NCBI GenBank assembly: GCA_964655765.1
Contig: CAZZNI010000001.1
Location: 1-63,769 of the forward strand
Direction: 5' to 3'
DNA: 63,769 nt
From: an uncultured Gammaproteobacteria bacterium
GTDB taxonomy: Bacteria; Patescibacteriota; Microgenomatia; PFEM01; CAYPPS01
The position numbers and the translations under genes are program-made. The notes under the pieces are model-generated. The model was given only the letters and a program-made list of their open reading frames with translations, was not told the DNA's origin and searched no databases. Below, one piece after another: positions 53,423 through 62,760 of the stretch; position 1 is the first letter of the stretch; the number at the start of each line of letters is the position of its first letter.

Positions 53423-54139
53423 TTATTCCTGGGGCTTATCTTTATTTTCTTCCTGACCTGAAGCCGGCTTGGCTTCACCTTCAGCTGAAGCCTTCTCATC
53501 GGACGGGCTTTCCGTTTCAGCGGCGCCACCTTCCTCAGCAGCTTCAACCTCCGCTTCAACCGGTTCTTCCTCTTTTGGAGCTTCTATTTTGGCAATAATT
53601 TCTTCTTTTTCAGCCAGCAGGTTAATCTCCCCTGATACTTTAATATCACCAACAGCCAGTTGATCACCAACAGTTTTTAGGCCACCGATATCCAGGGTCA
53701 ACTTTTCCGGCAAATCAGTCGGTAGAGCTTCAACTTCAACTTCGTTAATTAAATGAATTAAAATTCCAGCCTTTTCTTTAACCGCCGGCGATTCACCAAT
53801 CAGTTCAACCGGAACCGTTGCTGTCACTTTTTCTTTCAAATCAACCTGGTGGAAATCAACATGAAGAAAATCACCGTTAAGAGGATGTGTCTGTAAATTG
53901 CTAATTAAAACTGGTCTTTTCTTGGTTTCACCTTTAACAGTTAACTCAATGACCTTAGTTTCACCGGCTTGTTGAAAAACCGTCTTTAAATCTTTACTGT
54001 TCAGTTGAATTGATAAAGATTTAATCTTCTTACCGAAAACATTGGCCGGCACCACGCCTTTCGAGCGCAGCTGTTTAACCTTACGCCCCAAGACATTTCT
54101 TTTTTCGGACTTCAATTCAATTTGTTTTTTGTCTGCCAT
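53423..54139 (-). CDS. rplY: 50S ribosomal protein L25 / general stress protein Ctc, with an acidic C-terminal tail
   Basis: ELKSEKRNVLGRKVKQLRSKGVVPANVFGKK...HPLNGDFLHVDFHQV. I chose the start MADKKQ (54139). Confidence 0.85.
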   Translation of the reverse strand: MADKKQIELKSEKRNVLGRKVKQLRSKGVVPANVFGKKIKSLSIQLNSKDLKTVFQQAGETKVIELTVKGETKKRPVLISNLQTHPLNGDFLHVDFHQVDLKEKVTATVPVELIGESPAVKEKAGILIHLINEVEVEALPTDLPEKLTLDIGGLKTVGDQLAVGDIKVSGEINLLAEKEEIIAKIEAPKEEEPVEAEVEAAEEGGAAETESPSDEKASAEGEAKPASGQEENKDKPQE

Positions 54140-54201
54140 CTTACGGATCGTATGATAACATAGAGTTGAATTCAAAAACAAGCCTCTAATTCGCAAATTA
54201 A

Positions 54202-54687
54202 ATGAAATTTAAAATTGTTAAAAGCAAAAGACGAATCAGTACCGCTAGTGTCCAGCAAAAAGAAAATTACTTCCTGTTGACGGTTCCTGATTTTTTAAGC
54301 CAAAAGCACATCGAAAAAATTAAAAATGCTTTCAAAAAAAAGATAGACCGTTCGCAAAAAAGAAAAAATAATCTGGAAAAATTAGCTGACAAACTTAACC
54401 AGCAATACTTTAAGGGTAAATTAAAATACCGGTCGATCAACTGGTCAAGACGGCAAAAAAGAATCCTCGGCTCTTGTTCTGTTTATAGCCGCGATATCCG
54501 GCTGTCGGATAAACTTAAAAGGGCGCCGCTATGGGTTATTAAGGCGGTTTTACTCCACGAGATGACTCACATTATTTATCCCGATCACGGCAGAAAATTT
54601 AACCAAAAGATGGCTGAATACCGACTGCTCGAAAGAGCCAAAGGCTATCTTTATGCGCTAAGCCAGCTTGAGAAAGAACGATCTTAA
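54202..54687 (+). CDS. DUF45/YgjP (SprT-like) zinc metallopeptidase-fold protein
   Basis: The motif is an HExxH followed by His (LLHEMTHIIYPDHGRKF). Confidence 0.6.
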   Translation: MKFKIVKSKRRISTASVQQKENYFLLTVPDFLSQKHIEKIKNAFKKKIDRSQKRKNNLEKLADKLNQQYFKGKLKYRSINWSRRQKRILGSCSVYSRDIRLSDKLKRAPLWVIKAVLLHEMTHIIYPDHGRKFNQKMAEYRLLERAKGYLYALSQLEKERS

Positions 54688-54701
54688 CCAATTTAACAAA
54701 A

Positions 54702-57374
54702 TTATTTTTCCAGTAAAATTGAAAAATATAGATCCTGATCAAACACCGGATTAAAATTAACCTGACTCCCCCGACTAGCTGTCAACAACGGCTCAGTTTC
54801 AATAATTTTTAAAGACGGGTTGCTAACAAAAGAAAACTGGAATTGCTGATCTTGTTGGCCGGGTTGTTTTTGAACCAGTAAAAAATAATGGTTAACATCA
54901 TAGCTTAAAGTTAACGGTAATCGATAATCAATTTCGACAATCCGGCTGTCGGAATAAGGAATTTCAACCAAAAAGCCAACTGATAATAAATCGTGGTTAA
55001 CTAATAAATTTAACTCCTCTTTACTCAACTTCTCCAGTAAACGATCCTGGTTGTTTTTAATTCGCACTTGCTCAATTTCAACCTGAAGCGGCAATAATAA
55101 GCGCAAATAATTGCGATAGGTTCCGGCCGGAAACTTTTCACTTGGACTGTCATTTTGATAGACCAACCGAGTAGTTATTTCCAGTTGATTTTTCCTATCA
55201 ACTACAACTTGATGATACAAACTTCTTTTAACAAAATAGTTGGCTTTATTAACACCGACATTGGCATCAACTACCATTAAAAAATCAGTGATGCATTTGG
55301 CTTTTTGATTTCCACTGGTTGACTCGCCCGTCGCCGGGCAAAGAGGTTTTCTGATTTGCCCACCCCAATTTAAACTTAAAAATTTTTCCTCTAATTCCTG
55401 GTCAGAAAAATAAAATAATAAATCCTTGGACTTAATTGACTCGAACAAGGAGAGACCGGTTTTAGCCAATAACTGCGGGTCGGCTTTTTTAAATTCTTCA
55501 AACAAAGTAAAAACTAAGCCGCCTAAAAAATCCTGCTTTTGAGTTGAGCCGGGGAAAAAATTAACTTCACTGTGGTATTCGGCTTTTTCAAATAAATTCT
55601 GAGCGTTAATTGTCTCGTTGAAATCAGGCAAAACAACTTCCCCTATTTGTTGCAAAATATCCTCAACCACATTTAAATTCAAAGCGATAACACCATCGAC
55701 ATGTCGACCGGTTTCTTTTTCAAGAAACCAGACAGCTCGAGCCGCCGAAGTGGGAAAGTCGGGATCCCAATTTGAATCCCGCAAATACCAACCACCCTCC
55801 CCTAAATAATCTTTTAGCTCACTTGGCGGCTCAACATGACCTTTAAGTTGGCCATCAGCCCAATAAACATCCTGTACTTCAAAGTCAATCAATTCTCCTT
55901 GACTCAAAGTTGCCAAGGCAAAAGAACCGATAAAGCCGCCGGTTGGCCGAAGCTCAGCATTGTTTTGCAGTAAAATTAAATAAGTTTTTTTACCGTTTAA
56001 AGCCAGCAATTCCGGCAAGACCGGCCAAAAAAACTCACCTTTTTCTAAAGCTTGCGTTACCAACGGCAAAAAAAACAATTGTTTTTCAAAACGGGTTTTA
56101 CTAGTTAAGGTTTGCAACCAACTTAACTGGCGATCAGTATCAGTGACTAAAAAATGGTTCTCGTCAATCAGCTGAGAAATTTCCTGACCAGTTAAAGTTT
56201 TTTGGGCCAGAAAAAAATTGGCAAAAACCTGCCAGCTCCGATCTCCTAATAAACTACCAGACGATAACCCCTGGGAAGCAGTGATTCCTAAATCAATTAA
56301 TTTTTCTCCCCGGATAATTAAATTTTCCGCCGGCAATAAATTAATTAACGGCAAAAAAAGATTGAATGACTGCTTGCCATAAACAAAACTTTTTTTAGCC
56401 AGATTGGCGTTCTCATGAGCTGACAAAAATTTCCCTGCCGTTAAATCCTCTTGGCAACGATCTAAGAAAAATTTACCCAAAACGACCGAACCGCCAATTG
56501 ATGTTAACGGCAAAGACAGTAAAATAAAAAACAGAAATAATAAAATTAAAGGTGGTATTTTGCTTAAAAAACTTTTTTTCTTTTCCACTTGAACTTCTGT
56601 CGACGGTTTTTTAAAACGATCAAGAAGAGTTGGCTTTTCCTGATCGATTTGGTTATCCGTTTCCAGTGGCTCAGTCGATGGCGGTAAAAAACTTTTAATT
56701 AATTTTTCCGGCGGTTTAGTTTCTAATTCCTGTTTAGGTGGCTCCGATTCAGTTGAACAAAAAAAACTTTTAGTTTTTTCTAAGCCTTCTTCAAAACTAA
56801 CAATCGGCTGCCAGCCAATTAATCTCTCTTCTTCTCTGGACAACACTTCCTGTTTTTTTTCCGACAAAAGATAGAAAATTTTTTCATTGGTGCCATGAGT
56901 AAAAATTGCCTTAGAAAGTCCGTAAACAATATCACTGACAAAAACATAATCGTTTTTTTCATAAACTCCAGCACTAATTAATTGACGGAAATCGGCCGGT
57001 TCCATTCTTGGTCCAAAAACTTTTCCTAAAAAAACAATCCGGAAATTAACTTTTAAAGAATAACCAAGGCGAAAAACATAATCGCTGTTTTGTGATAAAC
57101 GAGTCGGAAAAGCCAGTAATAATTTGGCTTTGTTTTTTTGCGCCAATTCAAAAATATCTTTCAAATCCTCATTGTCGTTTTGAGAAAGAAAAAAAATATA
57201 ATCAATTTTTTGTGTCGGTGATGGTTCAAATAAAACCTGGCAATTTTGTCGTTGCAAAAATTGACCCAAAAAAAAGCCGGTAAATTTTTTGTCACCAATT
57301 ATCTGCACAATCGGTTTTTCTGCTTCAGTTTGTGGAATATAAAATGTTCTATCAGACATGTGAAAGATGATCAA
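54702..57374 (-). CDS. DUF4012-domain envelope protein with a degenerate N-terminal Rossmann/epimerase-like domain
   Basis: The DUF4012 signature is LLQNNAELRPTGGFIGSFA, with a central TM. The N-terminal ~200 aa resemble an SDR/epimerase fold, but the glycine motif is degraded (IIGDKKFTGFFLG). Confidence 0.7.
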   Translation of the reverse strand: MIIFHMSDRTFYIPQTEAEKPIVQIIGDKKFTGFFLGQFLQRQNCQVLFEPSPTQKIDYIFFLSQNDNEDLKDIFELAQKNKAKLLLAFPTRLSQNSDYVFRLGYSLKVNFRIVFLGKVFGPRMEPADFRQLISAGVYEKNDYVFVSDIVYGLSKAIFTHGTNEKIFYLLSEKKQEVLSREEERLIGWQPIVSFEEGLEKTKSFFCSTESEPPKQELETKPPEKLIKSFLPPSTEPLETDNQIDQEKPTLLDRFKKPSTEVQVEKKKSFLSKIPPLILLFLFFILLSLPLTSIGGSVVLGKFFLDRCQEDLTAGKFLSAHENANLAKKSFVYGKQSFNLFLPLINLLPAENLIIRGEKLIDLGITASQGLSSGSLLGDRSWQVFANFFLAQKTLTGQEISQLIDENHFLVTDTDRQLSWLQTLTSKTRFEKQLFFLPLVTQALEKGEFFWPVLPELLALNGKKTYLILLQNNAELRPTGGFIGSFALATLSQGELIDFEVQDVYWADGQLKGHVEPPSELKDYLGEGGWYLRDSNWDPDFPTSAARAVWFLEKETGRHVDGVIALNLNVVEDILQQIGEVVLPDFNETINAQNLFEKAEYHSEVNFFPGSTQKQDFLGGLVFTLFEEFKKADPQLLAKTGLSLFESIKSKDLLFYFSDQELEEKFLSLNWGGQIRKPLCPATGESTSGNQKAKCITDFLMVVDANVGVNKANYFVKRSLYHQVVVDRKNQLEITTRLVYQNDSPSEKFPAGTYRNYLRLLLPLQVEIEQVRIKNNQDRLLEKLSKEELNLLVNHDLLSVGFLVEIPYSDSRIVEIDYRLPLTLSYDVNHYFLLVQKQPGQQDQQFQFSFVSNPSLKIIETEPLLTASRGSQVNFNPVFDQDLYFSILLEK

Positions 57375-57459
57375 TCAATATCATAATGATAAAAAAAGAA
57401 TGTAAATGTATCAACTAAAAAATTTTAAAATCACTGACAGTGACTGCCGGTAAAAATTT

Positions 57460-57897
57460 TCAATAGTCGGACCGCTTATTGTCCAAGGCTTGATTGACCA
57501 TTAGGTCAGCGATTTTATTTTTTTCGCGAGGGACAAATTGATAACTGAAAGTGCCGTTGATGTCTTTTTCTAAACCATGAATCTTGTTTGCCAAGATGGC
57601 AAGGTTTTCATTTTTAATTTTAAACTTGCCGATTAACTGATTAACCACTAAAAGTGAATCAAGGAAAAAGTGAACAATTATTTTTTTACCAATAAAGCAG
57701 TCTGTTTTGTTTAAAAATTCAAGGGCGGCAATTACCGCTTGATATTCAGCAACATTGTTGGTGGCAATACCAATACATTGTCCTTGTCTGATTATTTCTT
57801 TGTCTTGATGGTCAAAGATAACAAAACCAGTCGCGGCCTGACCCGGATTACCCCGCGCCCCGCCGTCAGTAAAAATATTTAAAATTTGTTCATTCAT
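57460..57897 (-). CDS. rnhA: Ribonuclease HI-type (RNase H fold) protein
   Basis: IFTDGGARGNPGQAATGFVI...ATNNVAEYQAVIAALE...N..AD are the DEDD-type RNase H motifs. Confidence 0.85.
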   Translation of the reverse strand: MNEQILNIFTDGGARGNPGQAATGFVIFDHQDKEIIRQGQCIGIATNNVAEYQAVIAALEFLNKTDCFIGKKIIVHFFLDSLLVVNQLIGKFKIKNENLAILANKIHGLEKDINGTFSYQFVPREKNKIADLMVNQALDNKRSDY

Positions 57898-57959
57898 TTT
57901 GCGGTCTTATATTACAACTCTTGTGCTTGTCTAGATAATGGGTATTATACTTTTCAAAA

Positions 57960-59276
57960 TCATTTTCTTAAAGAGTGGAATTGCCTTTTTACCAAGTCGA
58001 TTAAAACCATCGGCCCTTTTCTCGGATAAAGATTTAATTGCTTTTTTAATAACCAGAAGGTTGAAAACAAGACGATTAACTCAGTAAACACAGTAACCCA
58101 GGCGGCGCCAAAAAAAGAATAAAAACTAATCGCCCAAAGATTGGCCAGCAAATTAAAAATTAATGCACCAACAGCAACATAAAGATAGGATCGTTGTTTA
58201 CCAAAAGCGATTAAAGTAAAACCGGCCAAATGGTTAAAATAGGCAAAAAATAAACTTAAAGAAAAAATTCTTAATACTAAAATTGAACTGGTAAAATCGG
58301 CAAAACTTTTTTGAGTCAAGGTTTTAATCATCAGGGGCGAAAAAAGGAAAACAAAAAGACCGGCGATTAAACCAAGTAAAAACATTGACCAGAAAACCTG
58401 ATTAAAAATTTCTTTTATCCGACGATTTTCTTTTTTAGTCCGCGACAAAACCGGCAACAAAGCGTTCATTAAAAAAGCTGCTCCCAAAACAACGACATCG
58501 TTAATTTTGCCAGACAAACCATAAATGCCAACCGGACCACTACCCTTAAGAGCCGCCAGAATTAATGTATCGATTTGCCGATCGAGAGTAAAAAAAAGCA
58601 GAATTAATCCCATCGGCAATGACTCCGATAAAAGAGTTTTTAAAATTTGCCGATCGATTTTAAGGATAACTTTTTCCTGTTTAAAAAAAAGACAACCGGC
58701 GACAAAAACGGTTGAAAAAGACGCCAGCACTAAAGATAAGATTAACCACCAAAAACTAAAATTTAATTTGATAAAAATAAAAGTAAAAACAAAAACCAGG
58801 AAAGCAGCTGATGTCTGCACCAGCGCCTGCTTTTCCATTTTTAAATTTGATTGGAAAGCAACCGCAAACGAACTTTTTAAATTATTGGAAAGCAGCATCA
58901 ATCCGCCGGTTGCTAGCGCTAGCCGGACCAAAAAAAGATTGTCGGTTTTCAAAGGAAAGATGAGAGCAAAAATAACAAAAAGCAAAAGCGACGCCAACGC
59001 CAGTAGAAATCTTAAAATTATTAAGTTGCCCAAAAAAACCGGCCGCTTGCCAGTTAACCTGGTTGACAGTTCGCGAACACCAATCGTCGCTGTTCCCCAG
59101 TCAGCAAAGCCACCGAAAATTATTACCGCCGAGGTAATAAACATATAGTCGCCATAACCGGCTGGGCCAAGATAACCGGTTAACAGCAAGACTGTTAATA
59201 AACTAAAACCGGTGCTAAAAACTTTAGCTAAAACTTGCCAGAAAGTATTTAAAGCAACAGTTTTCCCTAAGCTCAT
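57960..59276 (-). CDS. MOP-superfamily polysaccharide/oligosaccharide flippase (Wzx-like)
   Basis: 438 aa with ~12-14 TM segments, next to an O-antigen-ligase-like gene. Confidence 0.65.
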   Translation of the reverse strand: MSLGKTVALNTFWQVLAKVFSTGFSLLTVLLLTGYLGPAGYGDYMFITSAVIIFGGFADWGTATIGVRELSTRLTGKRPVFLGNLIILRFLLALASLLLFVIFALIFPLKTDNLFLVRLALATGGLMLLSNNLKSSFAVAFQSNLKMEKQALVQTSAAFLVFVFTFIFIKLNFSFWWLILSLVLASFSTVFVAGCLFFKQEKVILKIDRQILKTLLSESLPMGLILLFFTLDRQIDTLILAALKGSGPVGIYGLSGKINDVVVLGAAFLMNALLPVLSRTKKENRRIKEIFNQVFWSMFLLGLIAGLFVFLFSPLMIKTLTQKSFADFTSSILVLRIFSLSLFFAYFNHLAGFTLIAFGKQRSYLYVAVGALIFNLLANLWAISFYSFFGAAWVTVFTELIVLFSTFWLLKKQLNLYPRKGPMVLIDLVKRQFHSLRK

Positions 59277-59278
59277 TT

Positions 59279-60532
59279 TTAAATTTTAACATTTTCCTGG
59301 TTATTTAAACCGATGCCGAAAATTAGCGCCAGTAACAACAGGTTTTGCGGCAAGGTCAACCAATAGTGATCCAAAAAACCACTGATTAAAATTACTAACA
59401 AGGATAATAAAAGAAAAAATCTTTTTCCAATGATTACTTTTTTTAACACCACCCAAAACAGACTTAAAAAAAACAGTCCGCCAAAAATCCCGCTTTCAGA
59501 CAAAACTAATAAATAAATATTATGAACCGGCTGGATTAAAAAAACTTTGCCGGTCGGGAAAAATGGTAAAAGTTTTAAAAAATTATTAAAACCAACACCA
59601 AAGAAAAAATTCTGCTTAAAAAGCTCGATGGCGGTTTTGTTCAATTCCAAGCGCTGACTTAAAGAAAGTGCTGTCGAAAAAGGAAGTTCTTTTAAAAAAT
59701 AAATTCCCGCCACTGGAACTAATAACAACGGAATTAAATAAAAAAACCTTGACCCTTTTTGCCGCCGATGATAATAAAAAAGTCCCAAAGGAAAAAGTAG
59801 TAAAAAAATTAACCAGCAAACCCGGGAAAAAGTTAAAAATAAAACCATAATGATTAAACTTAATACCAACTGGTAAATTTGCCGTTTTGAAGTTGTTTTA
59901 GTTTTTTTAAGCGCTTCTAAGATTAAAAATAAAGCCGCCAATAAAAAACCGGCCAAAGAATTCGGGTGAGAAAAACTACCATACGGACGGAAAAAAAGCC
60001 GACCGTCAACAACCGCCTTGGCAACACCGGCTGTTGACAAGCTCAAGCTCCGTTCCCCTAAAAACCACAAAGGACCATTTAATGACGATTGGACTAATAC
60101 TTGAACCAACGCCAACAAACTGGAATAAAAACAAGCCGCAGTGAGGGCAATAATAATCCAGCGGGTTTTAAAAAAATTGTTTTTTAAAATTAAGGCAAAA
60201 ATAATCAGAAAAAGAAACCGAACGGTTTTAATTAATGATAACAAGGGGAAAAGTGCCAGCGAAGTTGTTGTCGCCGCAATTAGGATAAACAGTAAAAAAA
60301 AGATTTTATCAGAAACGGTAGTAAATACTTTTATTTTCTTCCGATATATTTTCCTTTCGACGATAAAACTGGTCAAGAAAAAAAGCAGTAATAAGTCGGT
60401 TAAAAATATTGTTGGCGAAAGATAGTCAATTTTAACGCCGTAAACAAAAGTAAAATCAGGCCAAAAATGATAACCCAACTGAACCGGCAGTAAAAATGTT
60501 AACAGTAGTAAAAGAAGGTAAGAAAGCTTCAC
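59279..60532 (-). CDS. O-antigen ligase/polymerase-like (Wzy_C) membrane protein
   Basis: Polytopic, with a large loop containing GSFSHPNSLAGFL and FSRVCW blocks typical of the Wzy_C/O-antigen ligase family. Confidence 0.55.
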   Translation of the reverse strand: MKLSYLLLLLLTFLLPVQLGYHFWPDFTFVYGVKIDYLSPTIFLTDLLLLFFLTSFIVERKIYRKKIKVFTTVSDKIFFLLFILIAATTTSLALFPLLSLIKTVRFLFLIIFALILKNNFFKTRWIIIALTAACFYSSLLALVQVLVQSSLNGPLWFLGERSLSLSTAGVAKAVVDGRLFFRPYGSFSHPNSLAGFLLAALFLILEALKKTKTTSKRQIYQLVLSLIIMVLFLTFSRVCWLIFLLLFPLGLFYYHRRQKGSRFFYLIPLLLVPVAGIYFLKELPFSTALSLSQRLELNKTAIELFKQNFFFGVGFNNFLKLLPFFPTGKVFLIQPVHNIYLLVLSESGIFGGLFFLSLFWVVLKKVIIGKRFFLLLSLLVILISGFLDHYWLTLPQNLLLLALIFGIGLNNQENVKI

Positions 60533-60545
60533 TGCTTTCTTTTTA

Positions 60546-61022
60546 TCAGGATTTAGGCCGAACTACCACTCGTCTTTCTTCTTCCCCCTCAGAGATTGTT
60601 TCAATTTCTTTATCATCACTTAAGGCCAGGTGAACCAATCTTCTTTCAAAAGCCGACATTGGCGGCAAAGTCTCAGCTTGACCGGAAAATTTGACCTTTT
60701 GGGCAACATTACGGGCCATTTGTTCAAGCAAATCTTTTCTTTTTTCCCGATAGCCATCAACATCCAAAACAACACTCTGCCAATCACCAGTTTTCCGCCA
60801 AAGCATCAAATTAACCAGTAGTTGCATTGAGTTTAGCGTTTCACCATGATAGCCGATTAAACCGGCTGGCTGGTCGCTGCTTAAGCCAACCTTAATCACC
60901 TCGTCTTCTTTTTTAACCTCAAGCTGGCTTTTAACCTCCATCAATTTAAGCATTTGAGCCATCAAGGTTTTAACTTCTTTCAATGGTGAAACTTTCGTTG
61001 TTTTTGTTTTAACCTTGGTCAT
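60546..61022 (-). CDS. jag: Jag/SpoIIIJ-associated RNA-binding protein (KH + R3H)
   Basis: GLIGYHGETLNSMQLLV (KH GxxG) and ERRLVHLALSDDKEIETISEGEEERRVVV (R3H). It overlaps yidC by 4 nt. Confidence 0.8.
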   Translation of the reverse strand: MTKVKTKTTKVSPLKEVKTLMAQMLKLMEVKSQLEVKKEDEVIKVGLSSDQPAGLIGYHGETLNSMQLLVNLMLWRKTGDWQSVVLDVDGYREKRKDLLEQMARNVAQKVKFSGQAETLPPMSAFERRLVHLALSDDKEIETISEGEEERRVVVRPKS

Positions 61023-61795
61023 TTCTTTGTTATTTTACCACTAAAAAAATATTGCTGGGCTAACATCGTTAAAGAGAAAATAAACCAATACAAAACCAGT
61101 CCCGAAGGAAAAGAAAAACCGATTATTAAAGTCATTAACGGAAACAAGTAAAGCATCTGTGTCTGCATCGCGGCGGCAAAATCATCGCTTTTTTCGGCTG
61201 TTTTTTTAGCTTGTTTTTCTTCTTTTTTAGCTGCCGGCAAAGAAATTTTGCTTGACAAAAATTGAGTAACAATCGCACCGATTAACAAAAACCCAGGCAA
61301 GGGGATCGGTAATCCGGGTAAATTAAAAACATCAGGCTTACTTAAATCAAGATACAAAAAACCAGTATTAATTGTTGTTCCCTCGTTTAGTTTAAAAAAG
61401 GAATAAAGGATGTCATTAAGCTGATCAAGGTTATCACCGGTTAAAACGGTTAAAAAGGCCCGATAAAGGGCAATCAGGACAATCAATTGAACAATCTGCG
61501 GCAAACAACCAGCGGCCGGATTAGCACCGTTCTTTTTATAAAGCTCTAGCTGTGCCTTGGATAGGGCTTGTTTATCATCTTTATAACGCAGTTTTAACTT
61601 GGCTATTTCTGGCGCCAGTTCTTTCATTTTAGCAGCCGCTTTTAAAGAGGGGATTGTCAGCGGCAATAAAACCAAGCGGATAAAAACAGTTAAGCTGATA
61701 ATTGCCAATCCTAAATTATGAAAGCCAACTTGATAAAAGAAAATTAAAATATTTACTAACGGCTGAAAGAGAAGAGTGTTCCACAAAGCGATCAT
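61019..61795 (-). CDS. yidC: Membrane protein insertase YidC (short, Gram-positive type)
   Basis: GLAIISLTVFIRLVLLPLT...ELYKKNGANPAAGCLPQIVQLIVLIALY...PSGLVLYW. Confidence 0.9.
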   Translation of the reverse strand: MIALWNTLLFQPLVNILIFFYQVGFHNLGLAIISLTVFIRLVLLPLTIPSLKAAAKMKELAPEIAKLKLRYKDDKQALSKAQLELYKKNGANPAAGCLPQIVQLIVLIALYRAFLTVLTGDNLDQLNDILYSFFKLNEGTTINTGFLYLDLSKPDVFNLPGLPIPLPGFLLIGAIVTQFLSSKISLPAAKKEEKQAKKTAEKSDDFAAAMQTQMLYLFPLMTLIIGFSFPSGLVLYWFIFSLTMLAQQYFFSGKITKK

Positions 61796-61816
61796 TTTTT
61801 TTAGTTTTAATTTATA

Positions 61817-62044
61817 TTATCGAACCGGATCCCAACCACCTGGGTTAAACGGGTGACAGGAGGCAATTCTTTTTAAAGCTTTAATGCCTCCCCGGATTAT
61901 ACCATGCTTATTGACAGACTGGTAAGCGTAAATTGAGCAACTGGGCTCAAACCGGCAAGCCGTTGGCGCAATCGAAAAAAAAGATAGTACAAAGAGGCGG
62001 ACTTTTTGATAAATCAAAATGAATGATAAAACAATTTTTTTCAT
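61817..62044 (-). CDS. yidD: Membrane protein insertion efficiency factor YidD
   Basis: [45 protein letters not shown] is canonical. Confidence 0.9.
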   Translation of the reverse strand: MKKIVLSFILIYQKVRLFVLSFFSIAPTACRFEPSCSIYAYQSVNKHGIIRGGIKALKRIASCHPFNPGGWDPVR

Positions 62045-62388
62045 TTCGTTGTAATTTTTGCCTTTAATAAAGCCTGGTCCACCGCCTGTCTTAAATCAGC
62101 TCGGCTAGCATCAACCGCCCTTCCTTTAACCAAAAACACCGCTTTAGTGCCGGATTTTGCCAAAGGTAATTTTTCTTCGACAAAAGCGCTTAGGCGTCTT
62201 TTAAGTTGGTTACGCACAACCGCTTTTTTACTAACCTTAGTTGAAATCAAGAAAGCAAAACGAGGCTTATCCTTTAAAGCACTGATAGAAAACAACAAAC
62301 CAAAAAAAGGCGAAGAAACCATCACACCTTTTTCTTTCAAAAAAACAAAATCTTTTTTAAGATCTAAACGATTTTGTCGGCCAAGCAT
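62041..62388 (-). CDS. rnpA: Ribonuclease P protein component
   Basis: Basic 115-aa protein with [13 protein letters not shown] (the RNR motif), in the conserved rpmH-rnpA-yidD-yidC order. Confidence 0.85.
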   Translation of the reverse strand: MLGRQNRLDLKKDFVFLKEKGVMVSSPFFGLLFSISALKDKPRFAFLISTKVSKKAVVRNQLKRRLSAFVEEKLPLAKSGTKAVFLVKGRAVDASRADLRQAVDQALLKAKITTK

Positions 62389-62398
62389 AAGAATTCAC

Positions 62399-62536
62399 TT
62401 AATGGGAAATTTTTTTTCGCCCCTTTTTCCGTCTTTTCTTGATCACTAAACGCCCGGCGTAAGAAGCCATGCGGGTCAAAAAACCGTGCTTGTTTTTGCG
62501 TTTTCTTTTTTTTGGTTGCCAAGTTCGCTTCGACAT
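62399..62536 (-). CDS. rpmH: 50S ribosomal protein L34 (absent from the ORF track because it is under 60 aa)
   Basis: My minus-strand translation is [45 protein letters not shown], which is a canonical L34. Confidence 0.9.
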   Translation of the reverse strand: MSKRTWQPKKRKRKNKHGFLTRMASYAGRLVIKKRRKKGRKKISH

Positions 62537-62634
62537 AATAATGAATTATACTTGGAAAAGAAAAACAAGGCAAGACACACACTTGTCCTTTTTTACACCA
62601 AAGGAAAATTAGCAATTTTCTTATCTTGACAACT

Positions 62635-62643
62635 TGTGGATAA
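62635..62643. promoter_or_regulatory. Perfect DnaA box (TGTGGATAA = reverse complement of TTATCCACA) within the rpmH-dnaA intergenic oriC/dnaA-promoter region
   Basis: Exact 9-mer consensus, embedded in the palindrome ACAACTT-GTGGAT-AAGTTGT (62629-62648). A weaker box-like TTATCTTGA lies at 62621-62629. Confidence 0.7.
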
Positions 62644-62760
62644 GTTGTTTAAATGAATTTTGGAAGAGAATTTTTTCCTTTTTTGTGAATCTGCCTGTAG
62701 GGCGGGCAAGATCTGTCCTTTTTTTAAAAACTTTTACTGCCATTTTAGGACTGTGTTTTT

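Noticed and set aside
58525-59148. A 207-aa ORF antisense to the Wzx-like flippase.
   Set aside because: It is a shadow ORF in an AT-rich membrane-protein gene (a Lys-rich translation from the poly-T/A codons of the opposite strand). It has no independent signals.
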